Assembly: GCA_001784175.1 (NCBI GenBank)
Contig: MFPR01000026.1
Span: forward strand, 1 to 64,000
Length of the DNA stretch: 64,000 nt
Direction of reading: 5' to 3'
From: Candidatus Lindowbacteria bacterium RIFCSPLOWO2_12_FULL_62_27
GTDB taxonomy: Bacteria > Lindowbacteria > 2-12-FULL-62-27
Position numbers and translations under genes: made by a program
The notes under the pieces: model-generated
Databases searched by the model: none
What the model saw: the letters and a program-made list of their open reading frames with translations, nothing else
What the model was told of the DNA's origin: nothing
Shown: in pieces, positions 36,962 through 46,171 of the stretch
Position numbering within the stretch: the first letter of the stretch is position 1
Layout: the number at the start of each line of letters is the position of its first letter

Positions 36962-37411
36962 ATGGCGGTGCCTATCGTTTATATGGATTTGTGCTGTCTC
37001 AAAAGGCCTTACGATGACCAGACCGATCCTAAAGTTCGATTGGAAACGGATGCCGTGTTGATCATTCTTTCGATGGCCGAAAGCGGCAAAATTCGTGTTG
37101 TTTCATCAGAAGTTTTGGAATTCGAGAATGCAGAAAACACGAATGTAGAGCGTCGGCAGAGAGCCGCCTTGGTGATTTCGGGTCTGCGCCCAAAGTTGCG
37201 CTTGAATGCGGTTGCCATTGCCGCCGCCAAAGAAATAGAGATGCGGAAGATTGGCGGCTATGATGCCCTGCATTTGGCCATTGCGAATGAAAATGGCGTT
37301 GACTCTTTTTTGACGACCGATGCCCGGCTGCTCCGGTTTGGCGCGAAATCCGGTTTCCGCATGCATACGAAAATCATGTCGCCAGTTGACTTTGTGAAGG
37401 AGGCACGTTGA
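36962..37411 (+). CDS. PIN-domain (VapC-like) toxin
   Basis: VYMDLCCLKRPYDDQ; DALHLA; FLTTD. Confidence 0.85.
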   Translation: MAVPIVYMDLCCLKRPYDDQTDPKVRLETDAVLIILSMAESGKIRVVSSEVLEFENAENTNVERRQRAALVISGLRPKLRLNAVAIAAAKEIEMRKIGGYDALHLAIANENGVDSFLTTDARLLRFGAKSGFRMHTKIMSPVDFVKEAR

Positions 37412-37611
37412 TGAAACTTGTGACGCTCGAACCGCCTTTTGAAATCAGGCGCAAGGGGTTTCAAGTTCTATGTAAGAGTCTCGGCCCCGCAAATGCGCTT
37501 CGATTCCTTTTGCAGTATGAGCCTGGACAGGGGAATTACACAAAGGAACGTCAACGCCGGATCGCTCGCCGTCCGGTGGCCGACATTTTGAAACAACCCG
37601 GCCGGCGATAA
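37411..37611 (+). CDS. Putative antitoxin
   Basis: 'EIRRKGF..L.KSLGPANALRFL.QYE.G.GNYTKER'; TGATG coupling with the PIN gene. Confidence 0.65.
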   Translation: MKLVTLEPPFEIRRKGFQVLCKSLGPANALRFLLQYEPGQGNYTKERQRRIARRPVADILKQPGRR

Positions 37612-37683
37612 GTGGGATCTTGGATATTCGATTTTAGATTTGGATTAGCGGAAGCAATCCAGAACGGACTTTGCGGGACTTGA

Positions 37684-37863
37684 AGAGCAGACGGCGAGCT
37701 GTTACATCGCCGCCTGTTAGCCATCATGGAAAGGCGGCTCGGCCCGGATCATCGTGACTTGTTGGTTGTATTGGAGAATCTATCCCGTCTGAACAAATCA
37801 TTGGGGCGGCGCCAAGACGCGGATTTGTATGCGGGTCGAGTGAAGCGGATTCGAGAAAGATAG
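37684..37863 (+). pseudogene. C-terminal remnant of a kinesin-light-chain-like TPR protein
   Basis: Frame 1 reads ELLHRRLLAIMERRLGPDHRDLLVVLENLSRLNKSLGR..ER*, preceded by in-frame TGA at 37681. Confidence 0.55.
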
Positions 37864-37866
37864 AAA

Positions 37867-40545
37867 CTACCGTTTCACATCCCGAAGGAGCCGCGTGACG
37901 AGCGCCGTCCACCCGGTCTGGTGGCTCGCTCCGACGCCGCGGCCCGTGTCCCCGTGAAAATATTCGTAGAAGAGCGCGAGGTCTTTCCAGTGCGGGTCTT
38001 TCGCGTATCGTTCGTCGTCTCCATGGCAGGCCCGCCGGCCGTTCTTGTCCGGGAGGAAGAGCCGGGCCAGCCGCCGGGAGATTTCCTCCGCGACCTGTTT
38101 TAAATTCATAATCCGGCCCGATCCCGTTGGGCATTCGACACGGAGGGAATCGCCGTAGAAGTGGTGAAACCGCTCCAGGGCCTCGATGAGCAGGTAATTC
38201 ATCGGGAACCACACCGGCCCCCGCCAGTTGGAGTTGCCGCCGAAGAGTCCCGTGGAGGAATCCGCCGGATCGTACTGCACCCGGTATTCCTCTCCGCCGG
38301 CGCGGAACACGTAGGGATGGTCATGATAGACGCGGGAGAGGGACCGGATGCCGTAGGGGGAGAGAAACTCGTCTTCGTCCAGCAGATACCGCAGGACGCG
38401 CATGAGCCGCTCGCGGGACGGGATCGCAAGGAGCCGGCGGGTTGCGTCACCGGATTTCATCGAGTCGAAATAGGTGATCTGCGAAGCGAGGTCTTTTCGG
38501 TTTTCCAAAAACCACTGCAGCCGCCGCTTGAATCCCGGCAGTCGGTCGATCGTTTCCTGATCCAGTATTTCGACCGTAAACAGCGGCACAAGCCCGACCA
38601 TCGACCGGCACCGCAGCGGCACGCTCTTGCCGTCGATGCGAAGCTGGTCATAGTAAAATCCGTCCTGCTCGTCCCAGAGGCCGGTGCCGCCGAGGGAGTT
38701 CATCGAGTCGGCGATGGCGACGAAGTGTTCAAAGAATTTGGACGCGATGTCCTCGCAGGCCGGATTGGACAGCGCCAGCTCGCAGGCCATGGACATCATC
38801 GTGGCGGCGTAAAATGCCATCCAGGCCGTGCCGTCCGCCTGCTGGAGGTGCCCGCCCGTGGGCAGGGGTTTGGACCGGTCGAAGACCCCGATGTTGTCGA
38901 GTCCGAGAAACCCGCCGGAAAACAGGTTGTTGCCCTCCGCATCTTTGCGGTTGACCCACCATGTGAAATTCAGCATCAGTTTCAAAAACGTGCGCGAGAG
39001 GAACACGCGGTCGCGCTCGCCGCGCGCGCCGGTCATCTTGTAGACGCGCCAGCTTGCCCACGCGTGGACGGGGGGATTGACGTCGGAGAAGGCGAACTCG
39101 TACGCGGGGATCTGGCCGTTGGCGTGCATGTACCATTCCCGGAGGAAGAGCACCATCTGGTCCTTGGCGAACTGCGGATCGATCGATGCGAAGGGGATCA
39201 TGTGAAAGGCGGTGTCCCAGGCGGCGAACCAGGGATATTCCCACTTGTCGGGCATGGAAATAACGTCGCGATTATAAAGCTGCATCCACTCGTGATTCCG
39301 GCCCTGCCATCGATCCGCCGGCGGTTTCGGCATGGATGGATCTCCGTCGAGCCAGTCTTCGATGATGTAGTGGAAAAACTGCTTGGTCCACAAAAGTCCG
39401 GCATAGGCCTGGCGCATGACGGCGGCGCTCTCCGCCGGCAGGCCCGCCGGCGTTTTGGCCGCGTAGAATTCGCCGGTTTCCCGGATTCGATCGGCGAACA
39501 CCTGGTCAAAGGACTTGCCGAACGGTTCGTCCGGCGCCAGATCGGCGGCGGAAAGCCGCAGCCGGATCTGGACCTCCGCGCCGGCCGGGAGTTTGATCAC
39601 GTAATGGGCCGCCGCCTTCGTTCCGGTGTTCTTGGGATTCACGGCGGCGGTATTTTTGTGGATCACATACTCATGAAACGCGTCCTTGACGTGCGCCGTT
39701 CGGTTCGGCGCGCGGTAGAGCCGCTGGCTGTTGGTTTCATTTTCCGTAAAGAGCATTTTCGGCGCGCGGCGGTCGGGTCCGGCGTCTGCGGCCCACACGA
39801 GTTTTCCGAGCGAGCTGTGTTCGGCCCGGACCCGCCCGTTCTTGTCCAGCCGCATTTCGGGGCGGGGCCAGTATCCTTCTCCCGTGCGTCCCCAGATCCA
39901 TGTGTTTCGAAACCAGATCGTGGGCAGCGCGTGGAGAGTGGCCGGCGCGGGCCCCCGGTTGGCGATGGTGAGCCGGATGAGAATGTCATCGGCGTCGGCC
40001 TTTGCGTATTCGGCGACGATGTCAAAGTACCGGTGGCCGTCGAAAATCCCGGTATCGGGCAGCTCAAACTCGGGCTCGAGTTTTCCGCGATTGGCGTTTT
40101 CCTCAATCAGGCGCGCGTATGGAAATTCGCCCTGCGGGTACTTGTAGAGCGCCTTCATGTAGGAATGTGTGGGAAGAGAGTCGAGGTAGTAGTAGCATTC
40201 CTTTACATCCTCGCCATGATTTCCCTGCGGGCCGGTCAGTCCAAAGAGCCGTTCCTTGAGGATGGGATCCTTTTCGTTCCAGAATGCGAACGAAAAACAC
40301 AGCCGGCACTCGCGGTCGGTCAATCCCAGCAGTCCATCCTCGCCCCAGCGGTAGACGCGGCTGCGCGCGTCATCGTGCGTGAAATGCTCCCAGGACGATC
40401 CGTCGGCCGAGTAGTCCTCCCGGACGGTCCCCCACTGGCGTTCGGACAGATAGGGTCCCCATCGTTTCCAGTTTTTCTTGCGGCCGGCATCCTCCTGAAG
40501 TCGGAGTGTTTCCGCCTCCAGCCCGTTCATCGGCTTCATTGGCAA
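37867..40545 (-). CDS. GH63 / MGH1-like glucosidase
   Basis: WGPYLSERQWGTVREDYS; MPDKWEYPWFAAWD; GGNSNWRGPVW; GASHQTGWT. Confidence 0.9.
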   Translation of the reverse strand: MPMKPMNGLEAETLRLQEDAGRKKNWKRWGPYLSERQWGTVREDYSADGSSWEHFTHDDARSRVYRWGEDGLLGLTDRECRLCFSFAFWNEKDPILKERLFGLTGPQGNHGEDVKECYYYLDSLPTHSYMKALYKYPQGEFPYARLIEENANRGKLEPEFELPDTGIFDGHRYFDIVAEYAKADADDILIRLTIANRGPAPATLHALPTIWFRNTWIWGRTGEGYWPRPEMRLDKNGRVRAEHSSLGKLVWAADAGPDRRAPKMLFTENETNSQRLYRAPNRTAHVKDAFHEYVIHKNTAAVNPKNTGTKAAAHYVIKLPAGAEVQIRLRLSAADLAPDEPFGKSFDQVFADRIRETGEFYAAKTPAGLPAESAAVMRQAYAGLLWTKQFFHYIIEDWLDGDPSMPKPPADRWQGRNHEWMQLYNRDVISMPDKWEYPWFAAWDTAFHMIPFASIDPQFAKDQMVLFLREWYMHANGQIPAYEFAFSDVNPPVHAWASWRVYKMTGARGERDRVFLSRTFLKLMLNFTWWVNRKDAEGNNLFSGGFLGLDNIGVFDRSKPLPTGGHLQQADGTAWMAFYAATMMSMACELALSNPACEDIASKFFEHFVAIADSMNSLGGTGLWDEQDGFYYDQLRIDGKSVPLRCRSMVGLVPLFTVEILDQETIDRLPGFKRRLQWFLENRKDLASQITYFDSMKSGDATRRLLAIPSRERLMRVLRYLLDEDEFLSPYGIRSLSRVYHDHPYVFRAGGEEYRVQYDPADSSTGLFGGNSNWRGPVWFPMNYLLIEALERFHHFYGDSLRVECPTGSGRIMNLKQVAEEISRRLARLFLPDKNGRRACHGDDERYAKDPHWKDLALFYEYFHGDTGRGVGASHQTGWTALVTRLLRDVKR

Positions 40546-40612
40546 ACGATCAAACCAGCGGGGGGCGGAAACGTCAAGGAATCAGTTGTACGAGGTCGAG
40601 ACCTGTGTTTAG

Positions 40613-43258
40613 GTGGACCGACTTATGAGGAATGCGATGGGTGGAGCGTTCGTGTGGTTATCCGTGCTGGCCACCGCCGGACCGGCCGCGGAGATTGTCG
40701 CGGATCCGTTGTCGCTGGATCGCGCGATTCAAACGGCCGCGTTCGGCGACACGGTGGTTCTTGTCGCTGATCGGTATGCCGGTCCCATTCGGCTGCCGTC
40801 GGGCGTTTCGCTGGATGGGAACGGCGCGACCGTGGAAGCGGCGCCGGAGAGCGGCCCGGCGCTGGTGTTGGAAGGGTCGAACCGTGTTCAGAACCTCAAT
40901 GTGTTGGGCAACGGCCGTGCGGACGTCGGGGTCCGGGTGATCCGGGGGCCGGCCGTCTTCAAGCGTGTTTTCGTCCGGGAATTCCGGCGATACGGGATCC
41001 GTGCCGGCAATGGAGAGGGGACGTTCGCCGAAGGGACGATCGAGGACTGCGGCGAAGACGGCCTGTCGGCCGCCGGGGGGCGGTGGACGATCCAGCGGAG
41101 CCGGTTTGCGCGAAACGGTGACGATGGCGTGGACCTGTTTCGGACCAACTCGACGATCATATCGTCCTGCGTGTTTGACCGGAACGCGGACGCCGCGGTG
41201 GAAGTGGCGCTCAGCCGGGACGTGCGGCTGATCGGGAATTTTTCGCGCGGCCATCGCGTGACGTGCGCGGCGCGGCTCGGCGATCTGCCCGCGCGTTTTT
41301 CGAACAATCATCTGGCGGATCGCGCGTTTCTCGAAAAGCGCGGAGACACACCGGTCGCGGACGGACCCGGACTTGAGCGGCGGACGGATAAGAGCAACAT
41401 CATCGTGAAGGACGACTCGGTTGATACGCCGCCGTTCATTCCCGTGGAAGTTCAGGTGGTGCAGGCGCCTGCGGCGGGTGGCGCTGCCAGCGCCGCCAGC
41501 GCGGCTGCGGCGGTGGAGATGGCCGAGCGCGTCCGGACGAGCGCGTCGAACCGTCTTGCCTATGCGGGCCTTCAGCCGAGTGACGTATGTTTGAAGGGCC
41601 AACTGGGCGCGGACACGAACATCACGCCGCTGCTCCGGCGCGTGTTTGATGATCCGTTTTTTCTGGGTACCTGGCTCGCGCTCCGGGCGTCCGAAGGCGA
41701 AACGCCGGTGTCCGCGCGGTACCGCCAGTACGCGCGGGATCTCGGGGTGGCGGGTCTTGAGGCCGTGGACACGCCGGTCCTGTCGCCGGAAAGCCCAAAG
41801 GCACTGGCCGAGTCTGTGATGCAGGCCTGGGAAAAAATTGACGAAACCTATCAACAAGCTTTTGCCGCGTTCGATTCGCCGTCCCGCACGGCGCTTCTGT
41901 CGGAGCTTCAGGCGCAGTACGCGGAGGAAGCGGAGTTGGGCTTGCCGCTCGTGGAGGATTATTATTTCGACGTGGAGATCGACCAGAGCCTCCGTGAGCG
42001 GCTAAGCAGGGCGTCGCGCGTTGACACGTATCCGCTGTTTCAAAGCGGCGAGCGGATGTGGGCGTTTCTCGGCGCGATGCCGGCCGCGTTGGAGGCGCTC
42101 AAGAAACAGTTGCCGGCGAAACAGGCGTCGGCGCCAGTTGTGTTTCGTCGGCAAACCCCGTGGGGTCCGCTCGTGATCGCAGGGACGGGCGACGACGCGC
42201 ATGACAGCGTGACCGGATTTTTCTTCGACCTCGGGGGAGACGACCGATACACGGCGCTGGACGGCGATGGTCCGGTCGTGATCGTCGATCTTGCCGGGAA
42301 TGACAGCTATTCGGGCGCGATCGCCTCCGGGATCGGGCGGCTGTCGGTCGTGCTGGATGTGGACGGCCGCGACCGCTATGAGAGCGGGAGCCGCACGCAG
42401 GGCAGCGGGCTTTTGGGCATCGGGTTTCTGATCGATGCGGCGGGCGACGACGAGTATGTGGCGAGCCGGTACAGTCAGGGATTCGGCTTTTACGGCGCGG
42501 GCTGGCTACGGGACGGCGGCGGCGACGATGTGTATCGCGTGTCGGGATACGGACAAGGATTTGGCGGCGTCCGGGGACTCGGCGTGGTGGACGACGCGGG
42601 AGGGAATGACCGCTACGAAATTCTGCCCGTGTCAAACGATCCGATCCGCGATCCTTCCCGGACGACTTCCATGGGCCAGGGGATCGGCGTGGGTCTTCGG
42701 CCGCATGGCGCCGGCGGGATCGGCATTCTGTGGGACGGCGGCGGCCGCGATGTTTACCTCGCCGACCTTTTCGGCCAGGGCGTCGGATACTGGTACGCGT
42801 TCGGCGCGCTCATCGACGCGGGGGAGGGCAACGACCAATACACGGCCTATCACTACGTTCAGGGCGCCGGCATTCATCTTTCGGTCGGCGCTCTCTACGA
42901 CGGCGGCGGCGCGGATAGATATCAAGCGTGGTATGTCGCTCAAGGGTGCGGACATGACGCGTCGATCGGCGCTCTGTATGAGTCCGGCGGCAACGATATC
43001 TATTCATCGTACGGTCTTTCGCAGGGAACGGGGAGCATCAACGGTGTGGGACTTCTCGCCGATGCCGGCGGCCGGGATGCATACATGGGCGTGAAGGGCA
43101 TGAGCGGCCAGGGCGAGGCCTGGTATCATTCGCGCCTGCGCGAGTACGGCAGCGTCGGGATGCTGCTGGACCTGGGCGGCGACGATTTTTACGCGACCGG
43201 AACGTTTAGCCATGCCGTGTGGTTCAAGGGCGATCACGGCCTCGGGGTGGACGAATGA
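40613..43258 (+). CDS. Exported protein with right-handed beta-helix and many DxxGxDxY repeats
   Basis: N-terminal parallel beta-helix (EDG/DDG turns); C-terminal DLGGDDRY, DAAGDDEY, DGGGRDVY repeats with SQG/GQG motifs; start uncertain. Confidence 0.7.
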   Translation: MDRLMRNAMGGAFVWLSVLATAGPAAEIVADPLSLDRAIQTAAFGDTVVLVADRYAGPIRLPSGVSLDGNGATVEAAPESGPALVLEGSNRVQNLNVLGNGRADVGVRVIRGPAVFKRVFVREFRRYGIRAGNGEGTFAEGTIEDCGEDGLSAAGGRWTIQRSRFARNGDDGVDLFRTNSTIISSCVFDRNADAAVEVALSRDVRLIGNFSRGHRVTCAARLGDLPARFSNNHLADRAFLEKRGDTPVADGPGLERRTDKSNIIVKDDSVDTPPFIPVEVQVVQAPAAGGAASAASAAAAVEMAERVRTSASNRLAYAGLQPSDVCLKGQLGADTNITPLLRRVFDDPFFLGTWLALRASEGETPVSARYRQYARDLGVAGLEAVDTPVLSPESPKALAESVMQAWEKIDETYQQAFAAFDSPSRTALLSELQAQYAEEAELGLPLVEDYYFDVEIDQSLRERLSRASRVDTYPLFQSGERMWAFLGAMPAALEALKKQLPAKQASAPVVFRRQTPWGPLVIAGTGDDAHDSVTGFFFDLGGDDRYTALDGDGPVVIVDLAGNDSYSGAIASGIGRLSVVLDVDGRDRYESGSRTQGSGLLGIGFLIDAAGDDEYVASRYSQGFGFYGAGWLRDGGGDDVYRVSGYGQGFGGVRGLGVVDDAGGNDRYEILPVSNDPIRDPSRTTSMGQGIGVGLRPHGAGGIGILWDGGGRDVYLADLFGQGVGYWYAFGALIDAGEGNDQYTAYHYVQGAGIHLSVGALYDGGGADRYQAWYVAQGCGHDASIGALYESGGNDIYSSYGLSQGTGSINGVGLLADAGGRDAYMGVKGMSGQGEAWYHSRLREYGSVGMLLDLGGDDFYATGTFSHAVWFKGDHGLGVDE

Positions 43259-44187
43259 GGCTCCTGCATCGGTGTCTGGCGGCGGCGTATATAATATTTG
43301 TATGTATATATAATAATGGGTGGGCGTGGGACGCGCGGCCGGCGGATCTGGAGGAGGCGTTTTTGCTTTGGGCGTCACCCAAGGCGGAATACGCCGGGAC
43401 CTCGCAGTTGGACGCGTGGACGCTCTTGACCGCCGACACCGCGGCGACGGCGCGGGTGATTCCGAAGTTTCTTGGAACGCCGAGTGGCGCGGTCCGGGAA
43501 AAAATTCTGATGTTTTGTGAGAATGCGGATGCCGCGTCGGTGGGTCCGGCGTTCCGGCCGCATGCCGTGCCCGATTCGCCGCAGCTCGGTCTGGTCCTGT
43601 TCTGCTTGTCCCGTGCAGGCGACACGGAGAGCCTTCCGATCATTCTTGAGCATCTTTCGAGCCGCCGGTGGCAGGTGCGCTCCGCCGCGGCGCTGTCGCT
43701 CGGGTATCTGGGCCGCGACGCGCGGGCGGCCGTGCCGGACCTGATCCGGGCGCTGTCCGACACGGCCCCGATGGTTCGAAAATCGGCCGCGTATGCGCTC
43801 GGTCAGTGCGCCGACTCGGGCACGGTGACGCTGACGGTGGTGGAGGCGCTGGTCCGAGCGCTCGACGACGATTTCTTTGGTACGCGGTTCAACGCCGCCC
43901 GCGCTCTGGCCCTCTTGGGCGATTCGGCGCTCGCGATGTTGGCGGCCCGGTACGACGGCCTGAGCGACACCGCGCGATACGGTGTTCTGTTGACGCTGGG
44001 GCGCGCCGAAGGCGCCGCCGGCCGGCCGATGCTGGAGAAAATCAGCGCCGACACGGCCGCGGTGATGCCGTTGCGCGGGATCGCGTTGAAGGGATTGCTG
44101 GATCGAAAGTGGGCGCCTGCCGACACGGACTTGGCGGAGTTGCGCGCCACGGACGTGGGCCGGGGACTGTGGGGGATGACAAGATAG
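43255..44187 (+). CDS. Exported HEAT-repeat protein
   Basis: VRSAAALSLG, VRKSAAYALG, TRFNAARAL; ATGA overlap. Confidence 0.8.
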   Translation: MRLLHRCLAAAYIIFVCIYNNGWAWDARPADLEEAFLLWASPKAEYAGTSQLDAWTLLTADTAATARVIPKFLGTPSGAVREKILMFCENADAASVGPAFRPHAVPDSPQLGLVLFCLSRAGDTESLPIILEHLSSRRWQVRSAAALSLGYLGRDARAAVPDLIRALSDTAPMVRKSAAYALGQCADSGTVTLTVVEALVRALDDDFFGTRFNAARALALLGDSALAMLAARYDGLSDTARYGVLLTLGRAEGAAGRPMLEKISADTAAVMPLRGIALKGLLDRKWAPADTDLAELRATDVGRGLWGMTR

Positions 44188-44212
44188 GCGGCGGTTTTCT
44201 ATACTGTAGCAA

Positions 44213-44929
44213 ATGTATATCAGCGAGATTTTCCGTTCATTTCAGGGCGAAGGAAAACTGGCGGGCGTACCGTCCGTCTTCGTGCGGACCAGCGGATGCA
44301 ATCTCCGGTGTGTCTGGTGTGACACGCGCTACACGAGTTGGGAGCCGGAGGGGTCCGACCGCGCCGTTGGAGACATCATGGCCGAAGTGCGCCGCCTGGT
44401 GCGGGAGGGAGAGGCGCCGGTCCGCCATGCCGTCGTCACGGGCGGCGAGCCGACGCTGGAGGAGTCTCTTCCGGAGTTGTGTTCAGGCCTCGCGTCGGAG
44501 GGCTTTCACGTCACGATCGAGACCAACGCCACGAGATTTCTGAATCTGGATGCTCATTTGATTTCTCTGAGTCCGAAGCTTGGAAATTCCTCGCCGCTTC
44601 GGTCCCCGGCCGAAATTCCGAAATCCCACGACGCGTTGCGGAATCGCCCGGAGGTCGTCCGCGCGTATCTGGACGCCTATGCTGATCCGCCCGCGAGGGA
44701 TTGCCAGATCAAATTCGTGATCGAGCGCGAGGAGGATCTGGCGGAAGTTGCGGAGTTCGAGCGCGCGGCGAACATTCCAAAGGACAAGATACTTCTCATG
44801 CCCCAGTCCGTGGAGCCGTCGGATTTGGCGCGCAAAACCGCGTGGCTCGTCGATCTGGCCGCCAAGCGCGGTTACGGATTCAGCCCGAGGCTCCACATCG
44901 CCAAATACGGAAACCGGCGCGGGGTCTGA
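44213..44929 (+). CDS. queE: 7-carboxy-7-deazaguanine synthase (radical SAM)
   Basis: SEIFRSFQGEG; GCNLRCVWCDT; TGGEP; IETN; SLSPK; PRLH. Confidence 0.88.
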   Translation: MYISEIFRSFQGEGKLAGVPSVFVRTSGCNLRCVWCDTRYTSWEPEGSDRAVGDIMAEVRRLVREGEAPVRHAVVTGGEPTLEESLPELCSGLASEGFHVTIETNATRFLNLDAHLISLSPKLGNSSPLRSPAEIPKSHDALRNRPEVVRAYLDAYADPPARDCQIKFVIEREEDLAEVAEFERAANIPKDKILLMPQSVEPSDLARKTAWLVDLAAKRGYGFSPRLHIAKYGNRRGV

Positions 44930-44965
44930 TTGACTTCGAGCCAAGTCCGGGAATACACTGCCGGT

Positions 44966-46171
44966 ATGGAGAACCTGCTCGTGTATCTGGACCACAATGC
45001 AACGACGCCGGTCGCGCCGGAGGTGCGGGAGGCGATGGCGCCGTTTCTGTCGACCGACTGGTGTAATCCGTCGTCTCCCTACCGGCCCGCCCAGAGAGTC
45101 CGGGCGGCGGTGGACCGCGCGCGGGAGGAGGTCGCGGCTCTTTTGGCCTGTGACCCGGACGAGATCACGTTTACGTCCTGCGCGACCGAGTCTTGCAACC
45201 TGGCGATTCTCGGCACGGCGAGGAGCGCCGGTCCCGGCGCCCGCCTGGTAACGGTGTCGACGGAACACCATGCGGTGTTGAACGCCGTGAAGGCCGCGCA
45301 GGCGCAAGGATCCGACGTCATGTTTCTGCCGGTGGACCGTCAGGGGCTGCTGGAGTCCGGCGCTTTTATCGGCAGCCTGCTTCCGCGGACCGTCCTGGTG
45401 TCCGTGATGCTGGGCAACAACGAGACGGGCGTCGTGCAGGATATCGCCGCGATCGGGCGCGCCTGCCGGGAACGAGGAATTCTTTTTCATTGCGACGCAA
45501 CAGCGTCGATCGGGAAGATGGCCGTTCGGCCGCAGGACCTCTCTTGCGATTTTCTTTCCCTGTCCGGCCACAAATTCGGGGCGCCCAAAGGGATTGGCGC
45601 ACTGTATGTCCGGGCGGACGTGAAGGCATACCCGATCATGTACGGCGGCGAGCAGGAGGCGGGACTGCGGCCGGGAACCGAAAACGTTGCGGGGATCGTG
45701 GGCCTGGGTGTTGCGGCGCGTCGCGCGAAGCAATTTGCGGAATCCGGCGGCCCGGTCCGGCTGGACGTTTTGCGGAACGCGATCGAATCGGGAATTCGTG
45801 GGCGTGTTCCGTCTGCCGAGTTTCTGTCACTGCCGCCGGATCGCCCGGACCGGAGGTTGTGCAATACCCTGTCGGTTCGCGTGCCGGGCGTGCGGAATGA
45901 CGAACTCGTTCTGCTCTTGGACCGTGAAGGCATCTGCGTCTCAACCGGCGCCGCCTGTGCGACGGGCGCGTCCCTGCCGTCCCACGTAATTCGCGCCATG
46001 GGCTATGCCGACGAGGAGGCCCGGGAAGTGATCCGCATTTCTCTTGGGGAGGAAAATTCCGAGCGGGACGTGGAGCGTCTGGTGGACGCATTTGCCCGCG
46101 CGGCCGCCGCCCTGTCCGGCGGTTCGTATTTGCGGACCCGTGTGCCCGTTCCGGTGGAACTTCCGTCATGA
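44966..46171 (+). CDS. iscS: Cysteine desulfurase (IscS/NifS family)
   Basis: YLDHNATT; NNETG; SGHKFGAPKG; RPGTEN; STGAAC. Confidence 0.9.
   Translation: MENLLVYLDHNATTPVAPEVREAMAPFLSTDWCNPSSPYRPAQRVRAAVDRAREEVAALLACDPDEITFTSCATESCNLAILGTARSAGPGARLVTVSTEHHAVLNAVKAAQAQGSDVMFLPVDRQGLLESGAFIGSLLPRTVLVSVMLGNNETGVVQDIAAIGRACRERGILFHCDATASIGKMAVRPQDLSCDFLSLSGHKFGAPKGIGALYVRADVKAYPIMYGGEQEAGLRPGTENVAGIVGLGVAARRAKQFAESGGPVRLDVLRNAIESGIRGRVPSAEFLSLPPDRPDRRLCNTLSVRVPGVRNDELVLLLDREGICVSTGAACATGASLPSHVIRAMGYADEEAREVIRISLGEENSERDVERLVDAFARAAAALSGGSYLRTRVPVPVELPS

Noticed and set aside
44213-44929. queE as part of a 7-deazaguanine DNA-modification (dpd) island
   Set aside because: No dpdA, queC, queD or folE nearby; the context is tRNA modification (iscS-mnmA-tusA).
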